This document shows, piece after piece, positions 30,422 to 39,522 of a stretch of 64,000 nucleotides of DNA. Position 1 is the stretch's first letter; every line of letters starts with the position of its first letter. The translations under genes and the position numbers were made by a program. The stretch is from a virus (Duplodnaviria; Caudoviricetes). A model generated the notes under the pieces. That model saw only the letters and a program-made list of their open reading frames with translations. It was not told the origin of the DNA and did no database searches. The stretch lies in the IMG/VR virus record IMGVR_UViG_3300029288_006559, positions 32,001 to 96,000 of that record; one strand, written 5' to 3'.

Positions 30422-30990
30422 AAAAAGAACTAGACGAAGCGCTTTGTAAAAAATACCCAGAAATCTTTTGTGATAGAAATAAATCCCCCCAAGAGACCCT
30501 AATGTGCTTCGGGTTTGAGTGCGGAGACGGGTGGTACTATCTTATAGATAGTCTATGTGCTATGATTCAATGGAGTATTAACGGATCTAAAAAGCAGGCT
30601 GTGCGGGATGAAACGTTTAATAAAATGTTACTTGCTCTAAGAGCTGGGGATGATGTTCTTTTTAAAGAATATTATAGCTTTATAGAAGATCAAAAACGAT
30701 TGGAAAAATTAAAGGCTGAGACTCTAGCAAGGCCTGAAAGAGAAATCAAACCTGCCCATCAGGTTGTTGCTGTACAGGTAAAAGAAAAATTTGGAGGTTT
30801 AAGGTTTTATGTAAATAGTGCTAGTGTTGAAATTTACGCTATGCTAAATTTTGCAGAGCATTTATCTTACAGCATTTGCGAATTCTGTGGGAGTATGAAG
30901 AATATAAAACATTCCAAAGGATGGATTATAACAGCTTGTCAGGAATGTATTGATACACATGAAAATTTAAAAACCCGGATATGGGAGTAA
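30418..30990 (+). CDS. conserved phage protein (QVKEKFGGLRFY type) with C-terminal Zn ribbon
   Basis: ECGDGW, QVKEKFGGLRFY, CEFCG...CQEC. Confidence 0.7.
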   Translation: MKKELDEALCKKYPEIFCDRNKSPQETLMCFGFECGDGWYYLIDSLCAMIQWSINGSKKQAVRDETFNKMLLALRAGDDVLFKEYYSFIEDQKRLEKLKAETLARPEREIKPAHQVVAVQVKEKFGGLRFYVNSASVEIYAMLNFAEHLSYSICEFCGSMKNIKHSKGWIITACQECIDTHENLKTRIWE

Positions 30991-31772
30991 TGAATTTACA
31001 AGATATTATAGATAATTATAACGAGACTATTGAATACTTAACTCAACTATCTGCTTGGTACAATCATTCTCTTCAAATTTCCCCAGACATTCTTGATTAT
31101 TTGACCCAAAGGGGACTAACAAAAGAAACGATTGAACTCTTTCAGCTAGGTTATTCTCCTACGACAAAAACTACTTTATCTTTTTTAGAGTTAAATGAAC
31201 TTTCTGTTGACTCCTTTATCAGTACAGGTAATTTTCATTCTACTTCAGGTCTTATATTCGATAAATTTCAAAATAGAGTTGTATTTCCTATTTTTGATTT
31301 ACTAGGAGGGGTTGTAGGTTTTAGCGGTAGAACTTTGGAAAAGAACGTAACTACAAAGAAATATATAAATAGCCCCTCGAGTTTTGCCTATAAAAAATCT
31401 TTATCCTTGTACGGTCTGTATCAGTCTATTAATCAAATACAGTCTTACGATTTTGCAGTAGTTGTAGAGGGGAACATGGATGTATGTAAAGGATTTCAAG
31501 AAGGAGTTGACAATATTGTAGCCCCCTGCGGTACGGCTTTAAGACCAGAGCATTTGTTAATTCTTAAACACTTTACTTCTAATATTGTATGTTGTTTTGA
31601 TAGCGATACTGCAGGACAAAAGGCTGCTGTGAAAGCTCGACAACTGTGCAAAGACAATGATTGTAGTTTTTGGTCTATTTCTTTATCTGGTGCAAAAGAC
31701 CCAGATGAGTATATTGGTAAATATGGTGGAGAAGCTTTTAAAGATATTATTAATGAAGTTTTAAAAACATAA
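30981..31772 (+). CDS. dnaG: DnaG primase catalytic core (Toprim) without zinc-binding domain
   Basis: YLTQRG, FQLGY, FQNRVVFPI, GFSGR, KYINSP, VVEGNMD, GTAL, FDSDTAG, KDPDE. Probable start 30990. Confidence 0.9.
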   Translation: MGVMNLQDIIDNYNETIEYLTQLSAWYNHSLQISPDILDYLTQRGLTKETIELFQLGYSPTTKTTLSFLELNELSVDSFISTGNFHSTSGLIFDKFQNRVVFPIFDLLGGVVGFSGRTLEKNVTTKKYINSPSSFAYKKSLSLYGLYQSINQIQSYDFAVVVEGNMDVCKGFQEGVDNIVAPCGTALRPEHLLILKHFTSNIVCCFDSDTAGQKAAVKARQLCKDNDCSFWSISLSGAKDPDEYIGKYGGEAFKDIINEVLKT

Positions 31773-32014
31773 TGGAGAAAGATATGGATAAAAAGAAAAA
31801 CGTTCCTGTTGTTATTATAAACAATGGAAAAGAAGGTACGATCGAGGTACATAGATATAATTGGAGATTCAAACTATTTGGACCAGGGCCGAAAACTTTT
31901 CTCAGTTGCTGTTTTGCATCAGATGGAAAAGGTAAGGAATATGCTATTAACTATGCTAAACAACAGCTTTTTGGTAAGAGAGAGATTGTAGAGTATACTA
32001 CATTATCTCCTTGA
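31772..32014 (+). CDS. hypothetical protein
   Basis: 80-aa ORF. Confidence 0.5.
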   Translation: MEKDMDKKKNVPVVIINNGKEGTIEVHRYNWRFKLFGPGPKTFLSCCFASDGKGKEYAINYAKQQLFGKREIVEYTTLSP

Positions 32015-32034
32015 TTCTATTAATTAAAAATTAG

Positions 32035-32079
32035 TTGCTTTTTTACCTAAAAAATATCATATTGGATATGGTAGGAAAG
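32035..32079 (+). promoter_or_regulatory. class A promoter TTGCTT-N17-CATATT-N5-TGGTAGGAAAG
   Basis: Third copy; originally upstream of the IS-interrupted nucleotidyltransferase. Confidence 0.7.
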
Positions 32080-32135
32080 CATATTATGAAAAAGAGAATT
32101 ATATTCTCATTAAGGAATAGTTGCAAAGGAGAACA

Positions 32136-32155
32136 GTGGAACTTTTAAATAAAAT
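32136..32155 (+). pseudogene. detached 5' fragment (MELLNKI) of the nucleotidyltransferase gene
   Basis: AAAGGAGA RBS and GTG; removing the IS and one TSD joins it in frame to 34948-35701. Confidence 0.8.
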
Positions 32156-32184
32156 CGGAAGTATATACTTCAGAAACGCTAATT

Positions 32185-32400
32185 ATGCAGAAAAAATTCA
32201 ATAAAATAATTGAGACAAAACTCAGAGCGCGAATTGATGGATTACAAGTGTGGCTTGACAAGAATGGAAAGGATTGTCAAAAACAACAAGGCCACCTTAT
32301 AGAAATGTCAATAGAAAGAATATATTGGCATTATGGCTATATGGTGGCCTTAATGGATGCCCTTCGTCTGATGGAAAAAACTAAAATACAACAAAATTAG
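32185..32400 (+). CDS. IS passenger hypothetical protein
   Basis: 71-aa ORF just inside the left TIR. Confidence 0.5.
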   Translation: MQKKFNKIIETKLRARIDGLQVWLDKNGKDCQKQQGHLIEMSIERIYWHYGYMVALMDALRLMEKTKIQQN

Positions 32401-32741
32401 TTTTCACATCCAGACACTGGACATTGATACTTTGTTCCCGTTGGTTTTGCAGGGTGGACCTGATTATCAGGCGGAGAAAAATCATGATAAAGAATACATT
32501 CCTTCGCGAACGCTTCTTTCGATGTTTTGTAAAAAGCGTGTTTGAAATGGGTATATTCTCCCACATGTTGTTTTAATCGGCCATTCAAATCGTCGTCTGA
32601 TCTGCCAACATAGGAGACAGAAAAGCCACCTTCTTTATTCTTTGTTCCAAGAGCGTAAGCTCCCGGAGCAATTCCGGCGGCATTTTCGTCTATACTTGTT
32701 GTAGTCAACGGAAACGGTCCATACAATCCGGTACTTGCCAT
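32397..32741 (-). CDS. IS passenger: small GIY-YIG-like protein
   Basis: GAYALG...SYVGRS...LNGRLKQH...KEC; C-terminal CPVSGC; AAAGGA RBS. Confidence 0.65.
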   Translation of the reverse strand: MASTGLYGPFPLTTTSIDENAAGIAPGAYALGTKNKEGGFSVSYVGRSDDDLNGRLKQHVGEYTHFKHAFYKTSKEAFAKECILYHDFSPPDNQVHPAKPTGTKYQCPVSGCEN

Positions 32742-32891
32742 TGTATGTTCCTTTCAATTTAGAATGAAAAAACACTTGCATCTGAAATTTGAGGAATGTA
32801 AATTGAACACAGTCTATCTCAATTCCCCACGTGCAAGTAGTGGATTATATCACAAGTGGGATTGTGATTTTAAACCCGGGATAGTTCGTTG

Positions 32892-33383
32892 CTATTTCGG
32901 GTTTTCATTTTTTTGATCGACCTCTTTCTCTTCTGGTTCTTCTGTTTGAGCTTTTTCTCGCTCTTTTGCCTTTTCAGGATAAAACTCCCATAGCCCATAA
33001 GCACTACTACTTTTAACGAATACAAAATCTCTGCGATTTTTTCCCAACGACACGGCCACTCCGCGAAACCAGAACTTTTCATCTCCCGTGAATTCAAAGC
33101 CCCCCTCTTTTAAAGCAGTGTATATTTCTTCTGCCGTAGCTGCTCTCCCTCTCATTCTTAAGTATTCTTTCATTGCCGTTGTCAGGGCTTTTCCGAAAAA
33201 TTGGTCGGGCTGAACCCGAATAATTCCTGTTATAATACTGGAATCAATATTAGAATATGGCGGTGGATCGCCAACTAAAACAGAGAGTTCGTTTATTGTA
33301 CGCTTCAAACTTGCCTCTTTTTGCAAAATAGTTTGGAGTTCGGTTGTTAGGGACTCAATGGCTTTTTTAAGATCGGCAGACAT
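32892..33383 (-). CDS. IS passenger: coiled coil plus HARE-HTH-like winged-helix protein
   Basis: AMKEYL...ATAEEIYTAL..GG...SL..N...F...AYGLWEFY; upstream TTGACT-N17-TATATT. Confidence 0.65.
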   Translation of the reverse strand: MSADLKKAIESLTTELQTILQKEASLKRTINELSVLVGDPPPYSNIDSSIITGIIRVQPDQFFGKALTTAMKEYLRMRGRAATAEEIYTALKEGGFEFTGDEKFWFRGVAVSLGKNRRDFVFVKSSSAYGLWEFYPEKAKEREKAQTEEPEEKEVDQKNENPK

Positions 33384-33635
33384 TTGTCTTTCCTTTCTAA
33401 ATGTGATTAATTTTTATGTATCTAATATACGTATAGCGAAACCAAAAGTCAATAGTCATGTATATTATACATAATAACAGCTGTAAAATATTGATTTATA
33501 AGGTGTTGGGGGCGTTTTCGCAACAGTTGTAGTGTTGTTGCTATCACTCTATTAAATGAGTGCTAATGAGGTTATTTAACTTGCATGTTTATTTATTATT
33601 TGCTATTTTAGTATTGCTTGAAAAAACAATTATAA

Positions 33636-33748
33636 ATAAAAAACCCGTCACCGATTGCAGTCGGAACGGGTCTAATAAATTACTCAATAATATTAAAAAG
33701 AAAGGACGGTTAAAATGAACCGAATTAGAGATTCATCATAATACATCC
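33636..33748 (-). ncRNA. candidate ~110-nt small RNA inside the IS
   Basis: TTGACC-N17-TATATT (33783-33755) upstream; ends in ACCCGT/ACGGGT hairpin plus U-run. Confidence 0.4.
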
Positions 33749-33779
33749 AACGACAATATAATAAATTGTCAGATAAAGG

Positions 33780-33914
33780 TCAACGAGTTTTTTTCGTTGG
33801 CCTTTTTTTTGTTTTTTTCAAGGATTTTAATTGAAAGATTTTTTTTACAGTGTCCTTGAATTCTTCTTCATTTATCGAATAGGATATATTGTCCTTTTTT
33901 GTCTGTTTTTGCAT
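33780..33914 (-). CDS. small basic ORF (44 aa) downstream of the transposase
   Basis: AAAAGGA RBS; MQKQTKKDN...PTKKTR. Confidence 0.45.
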   Translation of the reverse strand: MQKQTKKDNISYSINEEEFKDTVKKIFQLKSLKKTKKRPTKKTR

Positions 33915-33926
33915 TATTCCTTTTCT

Positions 33927-34859
33927 TTAGTTTAATGAGTCCTTGTACATTAACCTTTTACCTTCGATCATAGAGATAGCAACTTCCATTCTTTCAGTAT
34001 CACTAATTTTACGATTATTCCATCTGAAAGCAAATTCATTACAATACTTCTCTAAATGTTCTTTGGATACATTATGAAATGTTCCATAGATACCACGCTT
34101 TAATAATGCAAAGAAAGACTCTGCTGTATTATTATTAACTTCGCCTCGTGCATATTCCCATTTAGAATGATTTACAGAATGATGTCTACCGTTGAAATAT
34201 ACTCCGATGTTGTTATATAACGGAGAATCATCGCTCATAATTTTAGAATTTACATCAATGTTCTTTCGCATTACTTCACGAAGATTTATTCTATTAACAT
34301 CAGGCATTACTTTTGTTTTTGCTCTACCGTCTCTTTCTACTAATACAACAACGGGAGTTTTACCGGCTGTACCACGACCATGAAACTTTCTCTTTGCTAA
34401 TTTCCTTGGTTTGCCTCCAATATAGGCTTCGTCTGCCTCTATGATACCAGCTAACTTTTCCATGCTTGTATCTTCCATTGCATGACGGATTCTATGAGAC
34501 ATAAACCATGCAGATTTATAAGTAATTCCTAACATACGCTCTAATTGTTTAGAAGATATTGCTTTTTTAGATGCACAGATTAAAAAGATTGCAGCAAGCC
34601 AAGTACCTAAAGGAATATGACTGGATTCCATTATAGTGCCAACAGTAACAGTAAATTGCTGACGACATTTAGAACAAAAGTAAACGCCTTTTCTTGCTCC
34701 GTGTTCGGATTCTTTATGTGCAGTAATTTTATGATCTTGTTTAGTTTTACAGCGAGGACATATAGCACCATTAGGCCAGCGAATATTTTCTAAAAAGCTA
34801 CGCGCTTTGTCATCGCTTCCGTATTTCTTCAGTAGTTCTGTTAATGTTAAGTCTGCCAT
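33927..34859 (-). CDS. IS1595-family DDE transposase
   Basis: RWPNG..CPRC...CSKC Zn ribbon, HTH, IEADEAYIGG, MSDD, HHSVNHS, NTAESF, YCNEFAFRWN. Confidence 0.95.
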   Translation of the reverse strand: MADLTLTELLKKYGSDDKARSFLENIRWPNGAICPRCKTKQDHKITAHKESEHGARKGVYFCSKCRQQFTVTVGTIMESSHIPLGTWLAAIFLICASKKAISSKQLERMLGITYKSAWFMSHRIRHAMEDTSMEKLAGIIEADEAYIGGKPRKLAKRKFHGRGTAGKTPVVVLVERDGRAKTKVMPDVNRINLREVMRKNIDVNSKIMSDDSPLYNNIGVYFNGRHHSVNHSKWEYARGEVNNNTAESFFALLKRGIYGTFHNVSKEHLEKYCNEFAFRWNNRKISDTERMEVAISMIEGKRLMYKDSLN

Positions 34860-34896
34860 ATAAGCTCCGTAAATAATCTTGTTTATTAACTATATG

Positions 34897-34925
34897 TAAT
34901 ATACAACATTATTCTGCGTTTGTCA
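34897..34925 (-). promoter_or_regulatory. transposase promoter overlapping the TIR
   Basis: Minus strand TTGACA-N17-TATATT. Confidence 0.7.
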
Positions 34926-34972
34926 AGTATATACTTCCGAATAAAATTCTAACTACAGCTCCTGATTTTGAT

Positions 34973-35701
34973 ATGCTAGAACATTCTATCATTTTATGTT
35001 ATCGTGGGAGCATTGCTCATAATACTTATATTCCAAATGCTGATCCTAACTCTATCGACGATAAAGATGTTATTGGAGTAGCTATCCCACCTGCTTCTTA
35101 TTTTTATGGATTAAAAAAGTTTGAGCAGTTTGAAAAAATAGAAGGTAGTTGGGATGTATTGGTTTATGATTTTAAAAAGTTTATTAATTTACTAATCAAA
35201 TCCAATCCTAATGTTTTGTCCGTTTTATGGGCACCTTCTAAGTATATAATCAAAACTTCTTGGGCATTTGAGAAACTTCAGGAGCACAGGCATTTGTTTG
35301 CGCATAAACAGATTTACGAAACTTTTGTAAATTATGCCAAAGCACAATTACATAAGATGGAACACATGGTTTATTGTGGCTATATGGGGAAGAAAAGGAA
35401 AAACCTTGTAGATAAGTTCGGTTATGATTGTAAAAACGCAGCTCATTTAATCAGGTTGTTGCGGCAAGGGGCTGAATTTTTACAGACAGGCGAACTTGTT
35501 GTTGAACGACCTGATAGAGAACAGTTGATTGCTATAAAAACAGGACAATGGAGTCTCCAGCAAGTAAAAGAAGAAGCTGAAAAGTTATTTACAGTGCTTG
35601 CAAATGCTTACACCTACAGTTCCTTACCCGAGCAAATTGATATTGAAAGGGTGGATCTATTGACTCAAGATATTTTAGAAAAACATTTTTTGTCAGAATA
35701 A
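34973..35701 (+). CDS. Nuc-transf/RlaP-like Pol-beta-superfamily nucleotidyltransferase, 5' end separated by the IS
   Basis: RGSIAH...SIDDKDVIG, SNPNVL, YDCKNAAHLIRLL, LIAIKTG. Confidence 0.82.
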   Translation: MLEHSIILCYRGSIAHNTYIPNADPNSIDDKDVIGVAIPPASYFYGLKKFEQFEKIEGSWDVLVYDFKKFINLLIKSNPNVLSVLWAPSKYIIKTSWAFEKLQEHRHLFAHKQIYETFVNYAKAQLHKMEHMVYCGYMGKKRKNLVDKFGYDCKNAAHLIRLLRQGAEFLQTGELVVERPDREQLIAIKTGQWSLQQVKEEAEKLFTVLANAYTYSSLPEQIDIERVDLLTQDILEKHFLSE

Positions 35702-35745
35702 GCGTGTATAATATAAATACATATCATATATGAAAGGATAGATTT

Positions 35746-36378
35746 ATGAAGGGTAAATATATTAGCTTGGAAGAAAAAGTTGCACGGTTAACGATGTATA
35801 TTTCTCTCCTGAAAGAGGGTAAGAAGACAAAAGATTCAGCCGCTCTTTGCAAAGTTCCTCTTTGTACATTACGTGTTCTTGAACGTAATAACTTCGTTAC
35901 CGTTGTAGGAAAATTAAGTAGCTTGAAGGTCACGCATGTAGAGGACATTAGTCCAGATGTAATGCCTTTAGTTGTGGATGAAATTTGGAAAGAAACCAGA
36001 ATTCCTTCTGCCCCGCGTAGCGTTTCTTCTATGGTTAAGGTTATAAAAAATCTTCCAGAGACCTTAACCGAACCCCTACCCCCTCTCTTACCTCATACCC
36101 TGCTTGAGAAAGTATCTCATCATATTGCCGCAATTGCCTCAGATTTAGGATTGCAGTGTAGTGGTAAGACACCTCCTGGGATGGCACAAGTTATTTCCAA
36201 GCTTCAAATGGAAAATGGTGAGCTCAGGGGAAAAAATAAAAAACTAGAGCAAGATTTATTTGACGCTCAAAAACGTCTACGTAGGGTAGCCCAGAATATG
36301 AGAGACCAGGCAGAAAAGTTTGAAAAGGTTGGTGATAAGATAAACGTTCTCGAGGATCAATCTGATGGATTGGAATGA
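35746..36378 (+). CDS. hypothetical protein (N-terminal HTH-like, C-terminal coiled coil)
   Basis: 210 aa; AAAGGA RBS; class B motif upstream. Confidence 0.6.
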   Translation: MKGKYISLEEKVARLTMYISLLKEGKKTKDSAALCKVPLCTLRVLERNNFVTVVGKLSSLKVTHVEDISPDVMPLVVDEIWKETRIPSAPRSVSSMVKVIKNLPETLTEPLPPLLPHTLLEKVSHHIAAIASDLGLQCSGKTPPGMAQVISKLQMENGELRGKNKKLEQDLFDAQKRLRRVAQNMRDQAEKFEKVGDKINVLEDQSDGLE

Positions 36379-36853
36379 ATATTTTTTTAACCTTGCAGAG
36401 GTTATAAAATCTAAATCAAAAGATCCTTCAACCAAAGTAGGTTGCGTTATTGTAGGAGAAGATAATGAAATTATCTCTACAGGCTTTAATGGGCTTCCGA
36501 TAGGAGTTGCGGAGAGATCAGATCGGCAAGAGAGGCCCATAAAATACTTATACTATGAACACGCGGAACGTAATGCTATATATCTTGGAGCTCGTAGGGG
36601 AATACCGAAAGGTTCCCGTATCTATTTAGAATGGTTTCCCTGTGCAGACTGTGCAAGAGCAATTATTCAGGTTGGTATCAAAGAAGTCTGGATAGACGGT
36701 AGAAAATATAATCCAGATATTCCTACTGAAGCTGATAAAAGATGGAAAGAAAGTATTGAGGCTGCAAGGTATATGTTTATAGAAGCAAAGGTTAAAGTTT
36801 GTCTTTACTTATCTACGAATAGGATACGAATTTTATCATTTGGAGAGAGATAG
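36365..36853 (+). CDS. dCMP deaminase
   Basis: SKDPSTKVGC, GFNG, HAERNAI, PCADCARAIIQ. Confidence 0.93.
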   Translation: MDWNEYFFNLAEVIKSKSKDPSTKVGCVIVGEDNEIISTGFNGLPIGVAERSDRQERPIKYLYYEHAERNAIYLGARRGIPKGSRIYLEWFPCADCARAIIQVGIKEVWIDGRKYNPDIPTEADKRWKESIEAARYMFIEAKVKVCLYLSTNRIRILSFGER

Positions 36854-36854
36854 G

Positions 36855-37523
36855 ATGAAAAGGAATGAGGATAACACAGTTACGCTAACAGCTGAAGAGT
36901 TTTCAAGAGCTAACATTGGTTTAAGCAATTTAACACTTGAAGAATTACAGACAAAACTTTCTTGTGTAACTTGCTTAGCAGATGATATTGACGTTCCTAT
37001 TAAAAGAGTAGTAGCTATGCTTGCATTACTCGATCTTAAGCCTTTATGGTCTTGTTGTGGATTTAACTATCCAGATCAACCTGCTTATAAAGATCATACT
37101 TTTGGATATACTTATATTACGTTGCGAGCAAGTAGTCGGGGCTTTTACTTTCTTACAAAGGTTGTTCAACATCCAGATTGGGTTGTTTCGTGCTTTCAAA
37201 TAAGTTTGAGCACTTTAGACGGCTTTCCTACACTGACTTTATCTAAATCTTGGTTAAGACCCGGTATGTGGAATACTCCTGCATCCCCACATGCTTCTGA
37301 ATTAGCAGTTACTGGTATTAAGTATTTAGAGCAAATTCTTGCATCTTTTCAAGATGAGTTTTTAGAAGAAGTAGTGCTTAAAGATACAAATAAAGTATAC
37401 CGAAAAACCTGTTTTTGGCAATACCCAGATAGGGAAGATTGGATAATTCATAAGCAAGATGTTTTGTCTAATCTCAATCCCTTAGTTATTAGGGAAAGTT
37501 TGGAAGGGAAAGATAGTAAGTAA
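36855..37523 (+). CDS. TYW3/Taw3-like protein (paralogue 2)
   Basis: IDVPIKRVVAMLALLDLKPLWSCCGF; start 36855 preferred over 36840. Confidence 0.4.
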   Translation: MKRNEDNTVTLTAEEFSRANIGLSNLTLEELQTKLSCVTCLADDIDVPIKRVVAMLALLDLKPLWSCCGFNYPDQPAYKDHTFGYTYITLRASSRGFYFLTKVVQHPDWVVSCFQISLSTLDGFPTLTLSKSWLRPGMWNTPASPHASELAVTGIKYLEQILASFQDEFLEEVVLKDTNKVYRKTCFWQYPDREDWIIHKQDVLSNLNPLVIRESLEGKDSK

Positions 37524-37548
37524 CTTAAGTAATATAGGAGAGAAAATA

Positions 37549-38577
37549 GTGACAGAACAGAAAGAAAAAGTTGTTGTAAAGGATATAACAGAGAAGCGTA
37601 AAGCGTTGGACGAGGCTATAAAAGCTGCCGAGAAAAAACATGGGAAAGGTATTGTTCAACGTTTAGGAGGGGGGCCTATTCCTGATATACCTGTCATAAC
37701 GAGCGGGATAACTTCCCTAGATATAGCTCTAGGTGTTTTTGGTATTCCTAGAGGACGTATTATCGAGATTTTCGGAACAGAGGCTGGAGGTAAATCTACT
37801 TTATCCCTTCAAATAGCTGCCGAAGTTCAAAAAGCTGGTGGAAATGTCTTATTTATTGATGCAGAACATGCTCTAGATTTAAAGTTAGCTAGGGGAATAG
37901 GTGTTGATACGAATACAATGTTATTAACACAACCCGAATATGGAGAGCAGGCATTACAATTAGCAGAGGATATGATTTCTAGTGCTAGTCTAGACCTTGT
38001 TATTATTGATTCTACAGCCGCTTTGACTCCTTTAAAAGAGATAGAAGGAGAGATGGGAGATGCTACCATGGCTGCCCAAGCTCGTTTAATGTCTCAAGCT
38101 ATGCGGAAACTTACAGGAGTTGTAAGTAAAACGAAAACGATTTTGATTTTTATTAATCAAATCCGTAAAAAAGTAGGAGTCATGTTTGGTAGTAACGAAA
38201 CTACCTCGGGAGGAGAGGCTTTAAAATTTTATTCCTCTATTCGTCTTGACACTCGTAGAGTAGAGGCAATTAAAGAAGGGAAAGATGTTATTGGGGTTCG
38301 TTCCAGAATAAAGGTTGTTAAGAACAAAGTTGCTCCTCCTTTTAGAGAAACTATCGTTGATATTGTTTTTGGAAAAGGGGTGTCTAAAGAAGTAGATCTT
38401 CTTAACACAGCTGTAAATTATGAAATTGTTAGAAAAGACGGGCGAACATTTAGTTTTGAGCAGACAAAACTTGGGGAAGAAGCTAAAGCTTTAGAATTAT
38501 TAACCAAAGATCCTGTTTTATTTAATGCTGTTAGAGAAGCTATTATTTCTAAAGTTAAAAGTGATTCACGTGTATAG
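37549..38577 (+). CDS. recA: recombinase RecA
   Basis: GRIIEIFG.EAGGKST, FIDAEHALD, QARLMSQAMRKL, FINQIR, GGEALKFYSS, KNKVAPPF. Confidence 0.97.
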   Translation: MTEQKEKVVVKDITEKRKALDEAIKAAEKKHGKGIVQRLGGGPIPDIPVITSGITSLDIALGVFGIPRGRIIEIFGTEAGGKSTLSLQIAAEVQKAGGNVLFIDAEHALDLKLARGIGVDTNTMLLTQPEYGEQALQLAEDMISSASLDLVIIDSTAALTPLKEIEGEMGDATMAAQARLMSQAMRKLTGVVSKTKTILIFINQIRKKVGVMFGSNETTSGGEALKFYSSIRLDTRRVEAIKEGKDVIGVRSRIKVVKNKVAPPFRETIVDIVFGKGVSKEVDLLNTAVNYEIVRKDGRTFSFEQTKLGEEAKALELLTKDPVLFNAVREAIISKVKSDSRV

Positions 38578-38711
38578 TATTATTGTGTGCGGCCACCCCT
38601 TACAGGACAAAAGGGAGCGTAAGTGCTTTCTTACCACTTTCCTCTTTAAACTTTTTCCTGTCGCCGCACACAGATTTTGTTTATTATATATTTTTTCAAC
38701 AGGAGTTGTTT

Positions 38712-38924
38712 ATGCCTGATACAGACCTTACTCAACTTACAAATATAGTAACCTCTGTTATTACTGATTCTAATGTTGCTCAAACAGTAGCAAGTATTCA
38801 GTTGGTAAAGCAGCAAATAGCAGAGTTACAGCAGCAGTTACTAGAGTTAGAAGCTTCTCTACCTACTGTCGTCGCAAACGCTATTAATCCCTCTGTAGAG
38901 AGTACAGAAGAAACAAACTTATAG
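38712..38924 (+). CDS. small coiled-coil protein
   Basis: AGGAG RBS before ATG 38712 (MPDTDL...). Confidence 0.55.
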   Translation: MPDTDLTQLTNIVTSVITDSNVAQTVASIQLVKQQIAELQQQLLELEASLPTVVANAINPSVESTEETNL

Positions 38925-38932
38925 AATACTAT

Positions 38933-39514
38933 ATGCAGCTCCCGTTAAATCGAGATGAGGTTTGGCATCCTCTCAACGAGTGTTTGCCTCAATTATTAGA
39001 AATTGTAGATGAAGTTAGGAATAGAAACTATTCTTTTGATAAAGAGCTTAGTGAAGTTTCTAATATAAAAATTTCTCTAGACGAGGCACCCCAAGATGAT
39101 GTTGTAGGGATGAATAAACTATATGCCGAGATTCAAGCCTATCAGAGTAGAACTTCTGCTATTATAATGGATATTTATAGAGAAAAAGCTTGGTGGCAAC
39201 AATGTTATTTTCGTGCCAAACGGCTTTATAGGAAAGCACGTGGTGTTTTGTTGAATACAAGAGAAGATGTTAAGAAACTTAAAAATAAAGAGCTTCAAGA
39301 GGCCGCTATCCATGAAGAAATAAGAGAGCTTGTTGATTTAGTAGATATTTTAGACCAAGTTATTGAAGACTTAGATTTATCTATTGCTCTTGTTAGTGTA
39401 AAAAAAGAAGAACTGGACAAAGCTAATACTAATCTTTCACGACAGCAGAAAGCTATCGATACTCTGGTGGGTTTAGGTTATCCTGTAAAACCCCGACCAG
39501 ATTATCCTAATTAG
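38933..39514 (+). CDS. helical/coiled-coil protein (possible recombination mediator)
   Basis: 193 aa, all-alpha, near recA; function speculative. Confidence 0.45.
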   Translation: MQLPLNRDEVWHPLNECLPQLLEIVDEVRNRNYSFDKELSEVSNIKISLDEAPQDDVVGMNKLYAEIQAYQSRTSAIIMDIYREKAWWQQCYFRAKRLYRKARGVLLNTREDVKKLKNKELQEAAIHEEIRELVDLVDILDQVIEDLDLSIALVSVKKEELDKANTNLSRQQKAIDTLVGLGYPVKPRPDYPN

Positions 39515-39522
39515 GTAATTGC

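Larger units (their letters stand above)
32156..34939 (-). mobile_element. IS1595-family element with passenger genes (2784 bp)
   Basis: TIRs CGGAAGTATATACTT(c/g)A(g/c)AAACGC, 22/24 match, at 32156-32179 and 34916-34939; 8-bp TSD AATAAAAT at 32148-32155 and 34940-34947. Confidence 0.95.

Noticed and set aside
32870-33097. 75-aa minus-strand ORF overlapping the winged-helix passenger gene
   Set aside because: Alternative frame within a better-supported gene
38583-38711. N-terminal extension of the 113-aa ORF after recA
   Set aside because: No RBS; AGGAG precedes ATG 38712, so this stretch is more likely a leader
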